59,546 nt of DNA from an uncultured Candidatus Saccharibacteria bacterium (lineage in GTDB: Bacteria > Patescibacteriota > Minisyncoccia > UBA6257 > 1-14-0-10-44-23). The stretch covers positions 1 through 59,546 of the forward strand of contig CAZXKC010000006.1 in NCBI GenBank assembly GCA_964641225.1, in the 5' to 3' direction. The notes below the pieces were generated by a model, which was not told the origin of the DNA, did not search any database, and worked only from the letters and a program-made list of their open reading frames with translations. Positions 1 through 8,990 of the stretch are shown here, one piece after another. Numbering within the stretch: the stretch's first letter is position 1; each line of letters opens with the position of its first letter. The position numbers and the translations under genes were made by a program.

Positions 1-57
1 TTCTTTTCCATATCCTTCATATTATACGTGGATACTATAAAACGCTATACTTGATGC

Positions 58-1809
58 ATGCAGGAGTTACTCCAAAAGAAAATTGCCGAGACGCTTAGTG
101 TGCCGCTCGAACAGGTGAGTATCACCGTGCCGGAGATCGCCGAGTTCGGACACTACTCGACTAACGTTGCGATGCGTCTATTCGCAGAGCGGAAGAAGCA
201 TGCCCCGGCCAGCACGGCGGGGACGCCGCTCGTTTTAGCCGAGGAGTTTGCGCAAAAACTAAAGGCTGCCGCTCCGGAGATGTTTGCCGACGTAAAAGCC
301 GTAAAGCCGGGCTTCATTAATTTTTGGATTTCGGAAAAGTTTCTATCTGATGAATTCGCCAAAGGTGATGTCGCGCAAAATATCGGGGAAGGTAAAAAAG
401 TCATCGTCGAGTACGCCTCATGCAACATCGCTAAGCCGATGCACGTCGGCCACCTACGCTCGACCATCATCGGCGATGCGCTCGCTAACATCCACGCCTA
501 CCTAGGCTACGACGTTATCCGCTGGAACTACATCGGCGATTGGGGGACGCAGTTTGGAAAGTTGATATATGCATATAAGAATCCTTTGCAGGTCGGTAGC
601 ACGAAAGGAATTACTAAAGAAAATTTAGATGCTCGTATCAAAGCGAAACCCATTGAAACCCTTTTAGATTTGTACGTTGGTTATCACGAATATGTTCAGG
701 GCTCCAAATCTGACATTGGGCTCGCAATAGAGAATGGCGCGCGAGCCGAGTTTAAAAAGCTGGAGGAGGGGGATGCCGAGAATCGTAAGTTACTCGAATG
801 GTTTAAGGCCGAGTCGCTGGTCGCGTTTAATGCGCTCTTCGCGCGTCTCGGGGTGAAGTTTGATATTGAATACGGCGAGGCGTTTTATGAAAAGGCGCTG
901 GCCGGTGTTAATGCCGAACTTGCGGAGAAGAAGCTGTCGGAGCAGAGTGAAGGCGCGGTCATCGTTAACTTAGACAAGTTTAAGTTGCCACCGGCGCTCG
1001 TCCAGAAAGGGGACGGAGCCAGTTTGTATCTCACGCGCGACATCGCCAATCTTGAGTATCGTTTGAAGGAGTACAAGCCGGCCAAGATTTTGCTCGTCGT
1101 TGCCAATCAGCAGGCGCTGCACTTTGAGCAGCTCTTTGCGGTTGCGCAGCTGCTTGGACTTACGGGTTCGGAATTGCAACACGTGAAGTTTGGTATGGTG
1201 CTTGGCCCGGATGGTAAGAAGTTCGCGACTCGCGAAGGCAAGCTGATTAAGCTCGAGGAGCTGCTTGACGAGGTAACGGCCAAGGCGATGGCGGTTGTGT
1301 CGCGCAACAACGCGGAGATGCCACCAGAGCAGGCCAAGGCCATCGCCGAAATGGTTGGCATCGGCGCGCTCAAATACAATGACTTAAAAGAAAATCGCAA
1401 CTCCGACATTACGTTTAACTGGGAGGCGATGCTGGATTTGCACGGAGACAGCGCGCCGTATTTACAGTATGCCGCTGTCCGGTTTATGAACATCATCCGC
1501 AAGGCGGGGGAGGTAGGCAAGGGCGACATCTCGATGCTGACGGACGAGCTCGCGATGCCACTTATTAAAAAAGTCTTAGACTTTAATGATGTCGTGCAGC
1601 TCTGCGCGCAGACGTATTACACCAGCCATTTGGCTAAGTATTTGTTTGAGCTGGCCAAACTCGGGAACCAGTATTACGAAAGCGTGCGTATTCTGGATGA
1701 CGAGAACGTAGAACGAAAAAAAGCGCGGCTGCTTTTGATTGATTCGGTTGCACAGACGATCACGAAGGGGTTGGGACTTTTGGGGATTACGGTGCCGGAG
1801 AGGATTTAG
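58..1809 (+). CDS. argS: Arginine--tRNA ligase
   Basis: 583-aa ORF. Class I HIGH-type motif (AKPMHVGHLRS), ArgRS-like KKFATREGK segment and a C-terminal anticodon-binding region. Confidence 0.93.
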   Translation: MQELLQKKIAETLSVPLEQVSITVPEIAEFGHYSTNVAMRLFAERKKHAPASTAGTPLVLAEEFAQKLKAAAPEMFADVKAVKPGFINFWISEKFLSDEFAKGDVAQNIGEGKKVIVEYASCNIAKPMHVGHLRSTIIGDALANIHAYLGYDVIRWNYIGDWGTQFGKLIYAYKNPLQVGSTKGITKENLDARIKAKPIETLLDLYVGYHEYVQGSKSDIGLAIENGARAEFKKLEEGDAENRKLLEWFKAESLVAFNALFARLGVKFDIEYGEAFYEKALAGVNAELAEKKLSEQSEGAVIVNLDKFKLPPALVQKGDGASLYLTRDIANLEYRLKEYKPAKILLVVANQQALHFEQLFAVAQLLGLTGSELQHVKFGMVLGPDGKKFATREGKLIKLEELLDEVTAKAMAVVSRNNAEMPPEQAKAIAEMVGIGALKYNDLKENRNSDITFNWEAMLDLHGDSAPYLQYAAVRFMNIIRKAGEVGKGDISMLTDELAMPLIKKVLDFNDVVQLCAQTYYTSHLAKYLFELAKLGNQYYESVRILDDENVERKKARLLLIDSVAQTITKGLGLLGITVPERI

Positions 1810-1862
1810 AAACAGCGTGGCACCTGTCGGGAGTACTTCTCCTCGCGCAGGTGCCGTGTGGG

Positions 1863-2132
1863 CTACTTCTTGAGAGCACGTGCTCGTCCGTCATTGCAGA
1901 TGACGACCGGGAAACCGTTCCATGTTGACGGAACCCGCGACTTCAAACGCTCGAACTCCTCGCTAGAGCTTCGTTGATACGATACAAGAATAGCGAAGTT
2001 GCCATCCTTTCTTGTGACGCCAGTGCTCCATCCGGTGAGGTCGATGTCTGCGAGGTGGCTACCCAATTCATCTGCCGCCGCTTCGGCGGCTTTGTATTTC
2101 TCAGTCACGAAGGGGTCCTCCTCTGCATCCAA
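1863..2132 (-). CDS. Hypothetical protein (GC-rich cassette A)
   Basis: 89-aa ORF opened by TTG with no in-frame ATG. The in-frame GTG at 2108 has GAGGAGG 8 nt upstream and is the likelier start. A GC hairpin at 1819-1857 lies just downstream. Confidence 0.45.
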   Translation of the reverse strand: MDAEEDPFVTEKYKAAEAAADELGSHLADIDLTGWSTGVTRKDGNFAILVSYQRSSSEEFERLKSRVPSTWNGFPVVICNDGRARALKK

Positions 2133-2196
2133 AATGGATGCTAGATTATGCTAATTGCTGGGACTGCTCTTGTCAATTTGCTAATCTGATTTTTGA

Positions 2197-2205
2197 TGGT
2201 ATAAT
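2197..2205 (+). promoter_or_regulatory. Extended -10 promoter element TGgTATAAT
   Basis: Exact TGN-TATAAT match. It lies ~140 nt upstream of an intrinsic terminator with no ORF in between. Confidence 0.45.
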
Positions 2206-2211
2206 CACTCT

Positions 2212-2372
2212 ACATAACGGCCAAGCTGTCTGACCCCGAACTAGAGTTGCTTCGCAACACAGTACGGGGCGAGGTATACAGCTAGCCGCTACATAGCAGT
2301 GAGGTTGTCTGATATACAACTAACTGCGGCAAGATTTTTTGATCAGCCGCGCTAGTTGCGCGGATTTTATTT
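2212..2372 (+). ncRNA. Candidate small RNA (~160 nt) between the promoter and the terminator
   Basis: No ORF. Nested helices are visible: GGCCAAGCUGU/ACAGCUAGCC closing stem, CCCCG/CGGGG, GUUGC-UUC-GCAAC hairpin and a GCAGU..GUUGU/ACAAC..ACUGC hairpin. It ends in a terminator. No known family recognised. Confidence 0.4.
2347..2372 (+). terminator. Rho-independent terminator
   Basis: CCGCGC-tagtt-GCGCGG stem-loop followed by ATTTTATTT. Confidence 0.6.
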
Positions 2373-2391
2373 GAGGGCTTAGTGAGCCCTC

Positions 2392-2479
2392 ACCCCGTGA
2401 GATGCACCAGCTATCTCGCTGGGGTTGCTATCTTAGTCACCACCCCGAAGAGATAGGCGAGTACGCCATCTCATGGGGT
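2392..2479 (+). promoter_or_regulatory. Structured leader hairpin immediately upstream of ileS
   Basis: A 13-bp closing helix (ACCCCGTGAGATG / CATCTCATGGGGT) encloses nested CTATCTC/GAGATAG and GGGG/CCCC helices. The 3' arm ends 20 nt before the ileS ATG. Confidence 0.35.
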
Positions 2480-2498
2480 GAAAATTTAATAAATTTTC

Positions 2499-5400
2499 AT
2501 GTTAAAAAATTTAAAGGAGTTCAAGTTGCCGGAGATAGAGGAGCAGGTTCTAAAGTTTTGGAAAGAGCACTCGATTTTTAAACAATCGCTTGCAAAAAAT
2601 AAAGGCAAAAATAAATTTGTCTTTTTTGAAGGGCCGCCGACGGCAAACGGTATGCCAGGGTTGCACCACCAGCTCGCACGTTCATTTAAAGACATCATCC
2701 CGCGGTTTAAGGCGATGCAGGGCTACGACGTGCCGCGCAAGGCAGGCTGGGATACGCATGGGCTACCCGTTGAGATCCAGGCGGAGAAGGAGCTTGGGCT
2801 TAACGGTAAGCAGGATATTGAAAAATATGGGATCGCCGAGTTTAACGCAAAATGCCGTGATTTGGTGTGGAGATATCGAACGGAATTTGAGGCGGCGACG
2901 GAGCGGCTTGGTTTTTGGCTCGACCTTGAACACCCGTATGTGACCTATGAAAATAATTACGTTGAATCACTTTGGTGGATAATCGGCCAGATTGATAAAA
3001 AGAAATTGCTGTATCAAGGCCACAAGATTGTGCCGTGGTGTACGCGCTGCGGTACCTCGCTTTCAAGTCATGAGCTCGCGCAGGGATATAAGGAGGTAGA
3101 GGATACGTCGGTGTATGTGAAGTTCAAACTCAAAACTCAAAACTCAAAACTCAAAACGAAATTACCAACATATATTCTTTCGTGGACAACTACTCCTTGG
3201 ACCTTGCCCGGCAATGTGGCCTTAGCGGTTGGTGAAAAAATTGAGTATTCGTTAATTGAAGTTGGCGTCGAGAACTATATTCTTGCGAAGAATAGGTTAG
3301 CAACAGTTTTCCCGGATCCTTCTGTTTATAGTTTAAAGTATACTGTGTATGGTCGCGATTTAGTTGGCCTAAATTATCAGCCCCTATTTGACGTTAAGCC
3401 GCTTAAAACAAAGAAGGCGTACAAGGTGTATGCTGCCGACTTTGTGACGACTACAGACGGAACTGGGGTAGTACACACGGCCGTGATGTATGGTGAGGAC
3501 GACTATCGTCTAGGTATTGAGCTTGGGCTGCCACAGCATCACACCGTTGATGAGCGGGGACATTTCACAAAAGACGTTAAGAGTTTGGTCGGGATGTACG
3601 CAAAAAGCGGCAAGGCCGAGGCGCATATTATCGAGCACCTGACAAAAAATAATTTATTACTAAAGACGGAAAAGTACAAACACGAGTATCCGCATTGCTG
3701 GCGCTGCAGTACGCCACTTTTGTATTACGCACGCAGCTCATGGTTTGTCGGTATGTCAAAGCTGCGCAAGCAATTGCTTTCAGCAAACAAGACGATCAAT
3801 TGGACACCGGCGCATATTAAAGAGGGTCGCTTCGGCGAATGGCTCAAAGAGGTGAAGGATTGGAATTTTTCGCGTGAGCGTTACTGGGGTACGCCGCTAC
3901 CGGTCTGGCGCAGCAAGGATCACAAGCAGCAACTCGTGGTTACTTCGCTTGATGACATTAAGAAATACGGTAATTTACAGGGCAACCGATTTTTTGGTAT
4001 TCGGCATGGAGAGTCGACGCACAATATTCAAAACAAGCTTGCCTCAGGTTCTGAAAAAGTACTTCGTAGTGAGTTGACGCCGCGTGGGATAGAGCAGGTT
4101 GAGGCTGCGGCTAAAGAACTCAAGAAGCACAAAATTAATGTAATCATTGCCTCACCGTATTATCGCGCACAGCAGACGGCGCAGATTTTGGCAAAGGCAC
4201 TGAAGGTCAAAGTAATAACTGATAAACGTCTTGGCGAGGTGAACGCAGGTATTTATAGCTGGCAGAGGATTGAGGCATATTGGGAGTTTTATCGTAAAAC
4301 GGAAAATTGGCTCAGGGCGGCTCCGGAAAAGGGCGAGTCGCACGCTGACGTACTCAAGCGTGTTATTGCGTGCGCGCGAGATATTAATAAAAAATTCAAA
4401 AATAAGAATATTTTGTTTGTAAGTCACGGCGATCCGCTACGCTTCTTGTATGGTGGTTTCAAAGGTTTTACAAATGAGCAGTTTAAATCAATGCATTACG
4501 ACCCCGCACCTGCGAGCGTGATTGAGTTTGACCCACCGGTGTTGCCGTTTAATGATGAGGGCCGCGTTGATCTGCACCGGCCATATATTGATCACGTTGT
4601 GCTCCGAGACCCTAAAACGAAAAAAGAATTGCATCGTGTCAAAGAGGTCGTCGATGGTTGGTTTGATTCCGGCTCAATGCCGTACGCCCAGAGTCATTTT
4701 CCATTTGAGCAGTCTGAGGGCGGCAAAGTAAGCCCTGAAACGTTTAAAAAGATTGATTTTCCGGCCGATTTTATCGCCGAAGGTATCGATCAAACACGCG
4801 GTTGGTTTTACACGCTTCTAGCCGTCTCAACGCTGCTCGATCTGCCGGCTGCATACAAAAACGTGATCTGCCTCGGCCTTATTCACGACAAGAATGGGCA
4901 GAAGATGAGTAAGAGTCGTGGCAACATTGTTAATCCGATGGAGCTGATGCAAAAGCATGGTGCTGATGTGATGCGCTGGTATTTCTACACAGTCGGCGAT
5001 CCAGGGGATTCAAAGAATTTTGACGAGGCTGACTTTGGAAAAATCACACGCCGTTTTGTAATGATTTTGTACAACTCTTTTGTATTTTGGAACTCATATG
5101 CAAAAGGTGGGCAGACTAAAGATGCGTATAAGTCGACAAATGTTTTAGACGTTTGGATTTTAGCGCGGTTGCATCAGTTAATGGCTGAAGTAACGCGTAA
5201 TCTAGAAAAATACGAGATCGGCAAAGCTGCTCAGTTGATAGAGTTGTTTACTGATGATTTGAGTCGGTGGTACATTCGCCGTAGTCGTGATCGGTTCCAG
5301 AGCAATGCGCGTGGTGGCAGTGTAGACGAGGCCGATTTTCGCGCTGGTAGTGCAACCCTGCAAGAGGCTCTGCTTCAACTTTCAAAATTAATGGCACCGT

Positions 5401-6011
5401 TTATGCCATTCTTCAGCGATGCGCTGTATCAGGCGGTCGGCGGACAAAAAGATTCCGTGCATCTTGATGAATTTCCAGTGGGAGATGCGACTTTGGCCGA
5501 CACAGAGCTCATTGAAGATATGACCGCAGTTCGTGATCTCGCGGCAAAGGCGCTTGCGCTTCGTTCAGAGGCCGGTATTAAGGTGCGCCAGCCACTTAAC
5601 GCACTCTATCTCTCTGACGCTCGCCTTGCGGCAAAGATTGAATTGATGGCGATCCTTAAAGATGAGGTAAATGTGAAAAAGGTGTTAGTTGATGCTAGTA
5701 AGGTAAATGCTGACGGGGTTGGCTTGGATACAACTATCACTGCGCAGCTTAAAGAAGAAGGTGTAGTCCGCGAACTTATCCGGGCGATTCAAGGTCTACG
5801 TGCAAGCGCCGGATACTTAATGGGAGATGATATCGTACTTGTGGTTGCCGGCACTCAGGAGTTAAGCGATCTCGTGCAGCGTCATTCTGTGACCATTAAA
5901 AAATCAGTGAATGCAAAATTGATTGAGCTTGCGAAGAATGAAAAAGTTGATGCACAGATTGATACAAAGATTGAGGACGCTCAGGTCTGGATAGGGGTAC
6001 GCAGGCTCTAA
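2499..6011 (+). CDS. ileS: Isoleucine--tRNA ligase with an inserted histidine-phosphatase domain
   Basis: 1170-aa ORF. Contains the HIGH-region PTANGMPGLHH, KMSKS, Zn-type CxxC pairs (CTRCGT, CWRCST) and WFDSGS. The extra ~190 aa are described in the next feature. Confidence 0.93.
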   Translation: MLKNLKEFKLPEIEEQVLKFWKEHSIFKQSLAKNKGKNKFVFFEGPPTANGMPGLHHQLARSFKDIIPRFKAMQGYDVPRKAGWDTHGLPVEIQAEKELGLNGKQDIEKYGIAEFNAKCRDLVWRYRTEFEAATERLGFWLDLEHPYVTYENNYVESLWWIIGQIDKKKLLYQGHKIVPWCTRCGTSLSSHELAQGYKEVEDTSVYVKFKLKTQNSKLKTKLPTYILSWTTTPWTLPGNVALAVGEKIEYSLIEVGVENYILAKNRLATVFPDPSVYSLKYTVYGRDLVGLNYQPLFDVKPLKTKKAYKVYAADFVTTTDGTGVVHTAVMYGEDDYRLGIELGLPQHHTVDERGHFTKDVKSLVGMYAKSGKAEAHIIEHLTKNNLLLKTEKYKHEYPHCWRCSTPLLYYARSSWFVGMSKLRKQLLSANKTINWTPAHIKEGRFGEWLKEVKDWNFSRERYWGTPLPVWRSKDHKQQLVVTSLDDIKKYGNLQGNRFFGIRHGESTHNIQNKLASGSEKVLRSELTPRGIEQVEAAAKELKKHKINVIIASPYYRAQQTAQILAKALKVKVITDKRLGEVNAGIYSWQRIEAYWEFYRKTENWLRAAPEKGESHADVLKRVIACARDINKKFKNKNILFVSHGDPLRFLYGGFKGFTNEQFKSMHYDPAPASVIEFDPPVLPFNDEGRVDLHRPYIDHVVLRDPKTKKELHRVKEVVDGWFDSGSMPYAQSHFPFEQSEGGKVSPETFKKIDFPADFIAEGIDQTRGWFYTLLAVSTLLDLPAAYKNVICLGLIHDKNGQKMSKSRGNIVNPMELMQKHGADVMRWYFYTVGDPGDSKNFDEADFGKITRRFVMILYNSFVFWNSYAKGGQTKDAYKSTNVLDVWILARLHQLMAEVTRNLEKYEIGKAAQLIELFTDDLSRWYIRRSRDRFQSNARGGSVDEADFRAGSATLQEALLQLSKLMAPFMPFFSDALYQAVGGQKDSVHLDEFPVGDATLADTELIEDMTAVRDLAAKALALRSEAGIKVRQPLNALYLSDARLAAKIELMAILKDEVNVKKVLVDASKVNADGVGLDTTITAQLKEEGVVRELIRAIQGLRASAGYLMGDDIVLVVAGTQELSDLVQRHSVTIKKSVNAKLIELAKNEKVDAQIDTKIEDAQVWIGVRRL
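3984..4562 (+). other. Histidine phosphatase (phosphoglycerate-mutase-like) domain inserted in IleRS (aa ~496-688)
   Basis: RHGES (aa 502-506) and the distal VSHGDP motif are both present. The domain is flanked by contiguous IleRS sequence (..GTPLPVWRSKD.. and ..DLHRPYIDHV..). Confidence 0.75.
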
Positions 6012-6086
6012 GCCAGTCATAGCCTTACGCCGCGTTGCTCTCTGGTTTCGAGCCTTAGCTCTAAAAATGACACGACCCGCAGGCTT

Positions 6087-6449
6087 CTACGAGTGTGTCA
6101 TAGACGATGCCTGCGGGTCGGCTGCTTCTTCCTGTCCAGGTGCGAGCGCGAGCTGAACGCTTGTCAGCTCCTCGCCGATCGCGGCATGGACCTTGCCAGC
6201 GGTGATCGAGTTGAGATGAAAGCGGAGATTGGCCGCCTCCGTCTGATCTCCTTGCCCGGCGAGAACCTTGAGCTCTCCTCCGATTTGAGTCAGGCGGCTC
6301 TTGTCTGCCAAGACATTCGCCATAGACGTTACTTCATTCCACTGGTTCCTGGCGCAGATTTCTTTGATCTCCGCCACCAGGATCGCTATCTCAGCGCTAC
6401 GTGTTGGCGTTTCTGCGGTCATCCAGAATTCCTCCGAGGGCTCAGGCAC
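6087..6449 (-). CDS. Hypothetical protein (GC-rich cassette B)
   Basis: The ORF opens at GTG. The internal ATG at 6422 has GGAGG 8 nt upstream and is the likelier start (111 aa). The stop lies in the loop of an 11-bp GC hairpin (6073-6119) followed by a T-run on the minus strand. Confidence 0.55.
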   Translation of the reverse strand: MPEPSEEFWMTAETPTRSAEIAILVAEIKEICARNQWNEVTSMANVLADKSRLTQIGGELKVLAGQGDQTEAANLRFHLNSITAGKVHAAIGEELTSVQLALAPGQEEAADPQASSMTHS

Positions 6450-6462
6450 AACGAGTGCGTGA

Positions 6463-6494
6463 GTAAAAACAGCATGGAGCAGTTTGCATGCTGT
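6463..6494 (-). terminator. Rho-independent terminator of trpS
   Basis: ACAGCATG / CATGCTGT 8-bp stem followed by TTTTAC on the minus strand, just downstream of the trpS stop. Confidence 0.6.
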
Positions 6495-6515
6495 GTCAAT
6501 AGAAAAAATCAGTTT

Positions 6516-7493
6516 TTAGATCAAACCGATTTTTTGGTAGACCTCTTTGAGTTTTGCTTGGGCAATTTTGTTTGCTTTCTTTGAGCCGGCGTCAAAAATT
6601 TTGAGAACTTTTGCAGGATTCTTCATTAACTCTGCTTTTTTGGTGCGAATTGGGGCGAGGTACTCAGCTGTAACCTCGGCAACGTAGGTTTTAAACTGGC
6701 CGTAGTTCTTGCCGACGAATTCTGCTTCGAGAGCGGCGATTGTTTTACCGGTGATAGCAGTTGCAATGCGCAAAAGGTTGCTGATGCCTGGCTTTCCGGT
6801 TTCGTCGAATTTTACCTCGCTACCGGAGTCAGTAACTGCGCTCATGATTTTTTTCTTTACCACCTCGGGCTCGTCGTCTAAGAATAAGCAGCCGCTTGGT
6901 TGCGACTTGCTCATTTTTTTAAGCGGATCGGCGAGGCTCATTACGCGTGGAGTTTCGGTATGAAGTGCCTTGGGTTCAGAAAAGATTTCTCCGTAGCGGC
7001 CATTAAATTTACGTACGATTGTTCTGGTGAGCTCAAGATGCTGGTCCTGGTCGTCACCAACGGGCACAAAGACAGGATTGTATAGCATAACGTCGGCTGC
7101 CATTAAAACTGGGTAGTCAAAAAGGCCCGCATTGGCTTCCATTCGCTCACTTTTATCTTTATATTGCGTCATGCGGTTTAGCTCGCCCATTGGTGTGACC
7201 GTGTTAAATATCCATGAAAGTTGTGTATGCGCAGGAATTTTTGATTGAAGGAAGAGAACTGATTTTTTTGCCGTAAGACCCGCCGCGAGATATGTTGCCG
7301 CGAGTTCTTTGATTTGTTCAGATTGTTCTTTCGCAGAGGTTGGTTCGGTGAGTGCATGTAAATCAGCAAGCATAAAATAGCACCCATATTTGTCTGAGTT
7401 CTGAAGATCCACAAAGTTTTTGAGCGCACCAAAATAGTTGCCGATATGTAGGCGGCCGGAGGGCTGAATACCTGAAAGAATAACTGGTTTCAT
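6516..7493 (-). CDS. trpS: Tryptophan--tRNA ligase
   Basis: 325-aa ORF. N-terminal GIQPSGRLHIGNY (HIGH) and KMSKS motifs. Confidence 0.93.
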   Translation of the reverse strand: MKPVILSGIQPSGRLHIGNYFGALKNFVDLQNSDKYGCYFMLADLHALTEPTSAKEQSEQIKELAATYLAAGLTAKKSVLFLQSKIPAHTQLSWIFNTVTPMGELNRMTQYKDKSERMEANAGLFDYPVLMAADVMLYNPVFVPVGDDQDQHLELTRTIVRKFNGRYGEIFSEPKALHTETPRVMSLADPLKKMSKSQPSGCLFLDDEPEVVKKKIMSAVTDSGSEVKFDETGKPGISNLLRIATAITGKTIAALEAEFVGKNYGQFKTYVAEVTAEYLAPIRTKKAELMKNPAKVLKIFDAGSKKANKIAQAKLKEVYQKIGLI

Positions 7494-7642
7494 ATGAATA
7501 TGAGCTCTATGCGAGCTATAGGGATTTTAGCGTAAAAAGAGTCTAAATTCTAGGGTGTGCAGTAAAGGGCTTGGTCGGGTATACTTAATGAGGCATTCTA
7601 GGATTCTTTCACTGTTTCGAAGATGGAAAGGGAGGTGCGACG

Positions 7643-8386
7643 ATGTTTCAGCTTTCTTTGTGGGAGGCGACCGTCGTCGCACTGGTGCTTATTCACATGA
7701 GCATCATGTGTGTGACGCTCTATCTTCATAGGAGCCAAACTCACGGCGGAGTTCTCTTCCACCCGGTCGTTTCGCACGTTATGCGTTTCTGGTTGTGGCT
7801 TACTACCGGAACAGTAACTAGGGAATGGGTGCCGGTACATCTGGAGCACCATGAGGCGCCCGACAAGCCGGGCGACCCGCACAGTCCGCGCGTGCATGGC
7901 AAGGTGATGGCTTTGTTTTTCGCTCATGTGCTCTATCGCCGAGCTGCTCGCGATCCAGCCATTCTGGCAAAGTTCGAGGATCGTGTTCCTAGTGATTGGG
8001 TTGAGATGAAGCTGTACGCGAAACACAGTTGGTTGGGGATCTTGTTGTTGTTCTGTGTTCAGTTCATTTTGTTCGGCTTCATCGGAGTCATCATCTGGTT
8101 CAGCCAGCTAGCCGCTCTATTAGTTGGCACTACGATCATCAACGGATTCGGTCATCTGACAGGGTATCGTAACTATCCTTCACAGGATAATGATGCACGC
8201 AATCTCTTTCCGATAGACTTTATTTTGGGAGGAGAGGCTCTTCACGACAATCACCACGCTGCGCTTCGTTCACCGAAGTTGTCGCGAAGATGGTTCGAGT
8301 TCGACATCGGGTGGGCGTACATCCAATGTTTGCGCGTACTAGGACTGGCAAGGCTTCAGAAGATCGGAGATTCTCGATCCTGGTGA
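7643..8386 (+). CDS. Membrane fatty-acid (acyl-CoA/acyl-lipid delta-9-type) desaturase
   Basis: Three histidine boxes (HRSQTH, HLEHH..DPHSP, HDNHH) and hydrophobic segments. GGGAGGTG sits 6 nt before the ATG. Confidence 0.8.
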   Translation: MFQLSLWEATVVALVLIHMSIMCVTLYLHRSQTHGGVLFHPVVSHVMRFWLWLTTGTVTREWVPVHLEHHEAPDKPGDPHSPRVHGKVMALFFAHVLYRRAARDPAILAKFEDRVPSDWVEMKLYAKHSWLGILLLFCVQFILFGFIGVIIWFSQLAALLVGTTIINGFGHLTGYRNYPSQDNDARNLFPIDFILGGEALHDNHHAALRSPKLSRRWFEFDIGWAYIQCLRVLGLARLQKIGDSRSW

Positions 8387-8399
8387 CTTACAAGTTGCA

Positions 8400-8825
8400 T
8401 TGTTCCCGCCGCAGCCTCGCGCATTCTTGGTTCGACCAAGGGTGCGCGTTTGGCAATCTATCATACATGATATAATTTTTTTTATGGAGCTTTCAAAGAT
8501 GAAATGCATTCCGTGCGAGGTTGGTGGGACACCGCTTACTCCTCTTGAGATTGCAAAGTATGAAGCTGCTTTGGGTGCTACCGAGTGGAAAATTTTGTTT
8601 GATGTGCCTGAGGCTGGTAGGCTCGTCCGCCTGTATGAATTTGATGATTTTGCTGGTGTTATGAAATTTGTAAATAAGGTTGCCGATGTGGCCGAGGCAC
8701 ATGGCCATCATCCGAATATTCGTATATTTAGCTGGAATAAGCTCGAGTTAGAATTATTTACGCACAAAATTGGAGGATTGTCAGAGGCGGACTTTGTGAT
8801 GGCGGCTAAAATTGATGCAATCTAA
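8400..8825 (+). CDS. Pterin-4-alpha-carbinolamine dehydratase
   Basis: PCD-family core with the AEAHGHHPNI motif. The true start is probably the ATG at 8484 (MELSKMK..), because the first 28 codons are not protein-like. Confidence 0.8.
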   Translation: MFPPQPRAFLVRPRVRVWQSIIHDIIFFMELSKMKCIPCEVGGTPLTPLEIAKYEAALGATEWKILFDVPEAGRLVRLYEFDDFAGVMKFVNKVADVAEAHGHHPNIRIFSWNKLELELFTHKIGGLSEADFVMAAKIDAI

Positions 8826-8829
8826 AAAC

Positions 8830-8955
8830 GTCCCAAAGGGTTGCAGCTCGTTTCGCCTTCTGCAAGGCGCGAGCAAAAGACAATATGCCTGCATGGGCTT
8901 TTGCGAGTAACGCAGTCAGACGGTGAAACGAGCTTAGCAACGCAGGGAAAAGATA
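8830..8955 (-). ncRNA. Partial copy (3' hairpin domain only) of the repeated structured element
   Basis: Aligns to the 3' domain of the elements at 10060-10339 and 50382-50651 (GGGTTGC..CGTTTC..TCTGC // GCAG..GAAACG..GCAAC). It carries a C-G to U-A compensatory change (AGCTCGTTTC/GAAACGAGCT versus CCCGTTTCG/CGAAACGG). On the minus strand it ends in ACGTTTTT. Confidence 0.5.
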
Positions 8956-8990
8956 CCTTGAAAATGCGGCTATTTAGTTTGTCGCATTTC

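Noticed and set aside
153-1529. Four antisense ORFs inside argS (153-491, 885-1106, 970-1182, 1107-1529). Similar antisense or out-of-frame ORFs occur inside ileS, rnj, the SBP gene, murA, mrdA, the histidine kinase gene and others.
   Set aside because: Each lies fully within a confidently identified gene on the opposite strand or in another frame. Their translations are low-complexity and not protein-like.
2212-2498. T-box riboswitch upstream of ileS (and likewise upstream of proS at 24647-24803).
   Set aside because: No T-box sequence (GGGUGGNACCGCG-like) or specifier-loop features occur on the sense strand. The only GGGTGGTGAC-like string is on the opposite strand.
6093-6584. 163-aa plus-strand ORF overlapping cassette B and the 3' end of trpS.
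   Set aside because: It reads through the trpS terminator and into trpS in antisense, and has no RBS. The minus-strand ORF has a GGAGG-8-ATG start and its own terminator, so I preferred it.
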